Shown piece by piece: positions 30,301-32,500 of a stretch of 32,500 nucleotides of DNA. Position numbers and translations under genes: made by a program. Below the pieces are notes generated by a model, which saw only the letters and a program-made list of their open reading frames with translations, was not told the origin of the DNA and made no database searches. Position 1 is the stretch's first letter; every line of letters begins with the position of its first letter. The stretch comes from Chrysochromulina tobinii (taxonomy: Eukaryota): NCBI GenBank assembly GCA_001275005.1, contig JWZX01003298.1:1-32500 (forward strand). The letters run 5' to 3'.

Positions 30301-32255
30301 CCGACGTCCACGTGGAGCACTCCGCCTTCCATGGTGGGCGGTGTGGAGCCCGCCGGCATGGCCACAGCCATCACGCTGACCAAGACCTGCGGGCCCGCGG
30401 CCACTTCGATGACAGAACTGCAGCTGGCCGAGCGACTGCCCCGACGTACGATGGTGCTGATCCGGGAGACCGATCCCGATGCAAGGGCGCCCGGCGTGAG
30501 CACGAGCAGCCCACTCCGAGCGCTCCCACTGCTCCGTGCGCTGCCCCAGCCACTCACGGGGCAAGGCAGCGTCGGCGAGTTCTCATTCGCGCCGTACATG
30601 GAGGCCGCCTCGGCCTGCACGTCGACGCAGGCCCACTCGAATGATAAGAGAGCCTCGGGTTCGTCTGGGTCGAAGCTGCCGGTGGCGTCGAGAGTGAGCG
30701 CCGAGGTGCGTCTGACAGTCCGTCTCGTACCCCCGGCGAGCATGCACGCGAGCGGCGAGGCGTGGACGTGCACCACCAGAGACGCGTGGCCAGCATGCCA
30801 GCTGGAGAAGCCCGTGGTGTCATTCGCGTGAACGTGGATTGCATAGCTCGAGCCCGCTACCAAGACGCCAGCCGCGATAGAGAAGGTCCACCCGCTGCCC
30901 GAGACCACGATGTTCGTGCTGTTCACCGAAGGAGCCCCCGCCGTCAGCGAGCTCAGACTCCAACTGGCGACGATGGTTGGCGTTCCCGAGGCCGAGGCCT
31001 CGTTCAGAGCGTTCGTACCAAGGCAGTCGAGCGGCGGAAGCGAAGCGTGGGCTTGCAGTACGAGCGGCCTCGTGCGTGTCGTGTGCACCTCGCCACCATT
31101 CGGCCCTTGAGCAAAGCCCACGTCGATGGTGGGAAGCGCAGCTCGGGTCACGTTCAGCGACACCGGTGCACTTACAGCGCCCCAGGCCGTGCGAACCCGC
31201 AGTCCGAGCCGCGCCCGCTCCCCCCGAGGCAGCAACGCCGCCGCGAGTTCCACAGACTCGCCCGCTTGCGAGAGGGCAGCCGCGAGCCGGGCCGTATAGC
31301 TCCACCACGGCGCGTCCTCGGCGCCCAGCACGCTCCATTCAAACGAGAGTGGGAAGGCGCCACCGCCCGAGGAGCGACGCGCCGACAAGCTGAGTGCCTC
31401 GCAGGGGGATAGGAGCGACGTCGCTTGGAGCGAGGCCGTCGGCACGCGCAGAGCCGAGGGGAGACGAACCCACACGGAGCCACTCGCGCACTTGCTCAGG
31501 CCGTCTCCGCCGATGCAGTGTGTGAGAGTGATGATGCCGCCGTAGCTCACGATACGCTGCGGATACACCGCGTTCGGTCGGACTGCGATGCGTGTACTGC
31601 TACTGGCAGCGCTGACGCTCACGCCAGTGCCCTGGGGGCTGGTGGGCAGTTGCAGCCCGCTGCCGCGTGGGAGGTACACATAGAGGGTCGAGTCGTCGAC
31701 CCACCTACAGCGCGGCCACGCCGCGCTCAAGCCGCGCAGCTCGAGGATCGTCTCGTCGGAGAGGACGGACGCGCAGTCGGCGGGGCGACCGAGCCGTGGC
31801 ATACCCGCTCTGTTGGTCGGCCTCGCGTCAAAACGCACGACCACCAGCCAGCCGCTCTGATCGAGCGTCGCGGACAGTAGCTGCGTGGGCAACGAGAGAG
31901 GCACAGGCGGCGGCGGCGAGGGCGGTGGTGCGGGAGGCAGCGAGGGCGGTGGCGATGGAGGTGGCGGCCTTGGGGGTAGCCTGGGTGGCGGCCGGGGAGG
32001 TGGCGAAGGGCGAGGGGGAGGAGGTGGCAGCATGGGAGGCGGCCAAGGTGGCGGCGGCAGGGGAGGCAGCCAAGGTGGCGGTGAGGCTGGAGGTGACGGA
32101 GGTGACGGTGGCGACGGTGGTGAGGCTGGTGGTGGGGGCGATGGTGGAGGTGGAGATGGAGGTGGAGATGGAGGTGGAGATGGCGGTCGGATGGAAGGGC
32201 CATGGACCGCAAGCAGCGCAGGAAGCGTGAGAATCACGAGCAGGGCGACTAGCAT
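24384..32255 (-). CDS. PKD1/REJ-like multipass membrane receptor; join(26034..32255, 24384..25955), ~2597 aa
   Basis: Signal peptide MLVALLVILTLPALLA and SPPPP tracts. REJ-like LDATGSFDPD...FEWAC and PPLGGSITATP. EGF-like CLGGQCLCPEPWAGEGC; GPS-like W...C...CVC before TM1; LSRMQK motif with further TMs. ARM-like repeats, an IQ-like motif (LQSRARG) and C-terminal TMs. Additional introns cannot be excluded. Confidence 0.8.
25446..25577 (-). repeat. 21-nt coding tandem repeat x6 (NQADEGG/NQADDAP)
   Basis: gccaccctcatccgcctgatt and variants, directly repeated. Confidence 0.95.
25956..26033 (-). other. 78-nt spliceosomal intron formed of an exon duplicate plus CTGATGA filler
   Basis: GAG|GTGCATCGAATGGCCCTCATGCTCGTGGCTGATGACCTCTGATGATCACTGATGACTCAC...CATCAG|GTGCATCGGATGGCCCTCATGCTCGTGGCCGAC. 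Splicing joins ORFs 25992..32492 and 24384..25982 in frame. Confidence 0.9.
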
Positions 32256-32500
32256 TGTTCTCAAACAACGACAACAACCGCCGGAAAAAGTTGGCAAAGT
32301 TTTCGTAAGCATGTATGCATGCAATGACAAAACCCCGCTTGAGACTGTTCGGGTTGTGATGGTCGTCGCGTGTAGGTGCGGGGCGACATGGACAGCGCGG
32401 ATATACTTACTCACCCAAGCACTACCCTTGCTACCCGACACCGGCACCAGGGGAGGGCGAGCCGGGACAGACACGGTCACACCGCCACGCACGTCCCCCT

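Noticed and set aside
31900..32190. Pro-rich (GGT/GGC/GGA)n tracts, also 29060-29290, as non-coding repeats or separate Gly-rich genes
   Set aside because: They are the SPPPP linkers of the minus-strand receptor ORF, a common feature of algal surface proteins.
32256..32492. N-terminal extension of the PKD-like ORF (likewise 13450-13701 for TPMT and 19531-19797 for the RanBP2-finger gene)
   Set aside because: These extensions begin at non-ATG codons in AT-richer, intergenic-like sequence; downstream ATGs give plausible N-termini.

Overview
GC-rich, gene-dense eukaryotic DNA with spliceosomal GT-AG introns, probably from a haptophyte alga such as Chrysochromulina (inferred from gene content and style, not verified). 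Genes in order: two tandem AP2-repeat genes (one complete, with 12 AP2 units plus a C-terminal RING; one cut by the window edge) flanking an orphan gene fragment; an RCC1-IQ-EF-hand protein (frameshifted); a TM-ankyrin protein; msrB; a TPMT-family methyltransferase; a decayed region with a RecQ-like fragment; a small hypothetical; a DA1-like metallopeptidase (frameshifted); a GT90 glycosyltransferase; a Cys-rich protein; a coiled-coil/RanBP2-zinc-finger protein; a secreted hypothetical; a D/D-motif 2OG-Fe(II) oxygenase; and a ~2600-aa PKD1/REJ-like receptor. Two signals stand out. (1) In the AP2 array the scaffold is nearly invariant but the DNA-contacting beta-sheet positions are hypervariable, and the array is fused to a RING, suggesting a modular TALE/zinc-finger-like DNA reader. 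(2) Several introns consist of a duplicated piece of adjacent exon plus a CTGATGACCT/CTGATTGCC-type microsatellite filler. One occupies only 1 of the 12 AP2 repeats, pointing to an active intron-gain process.
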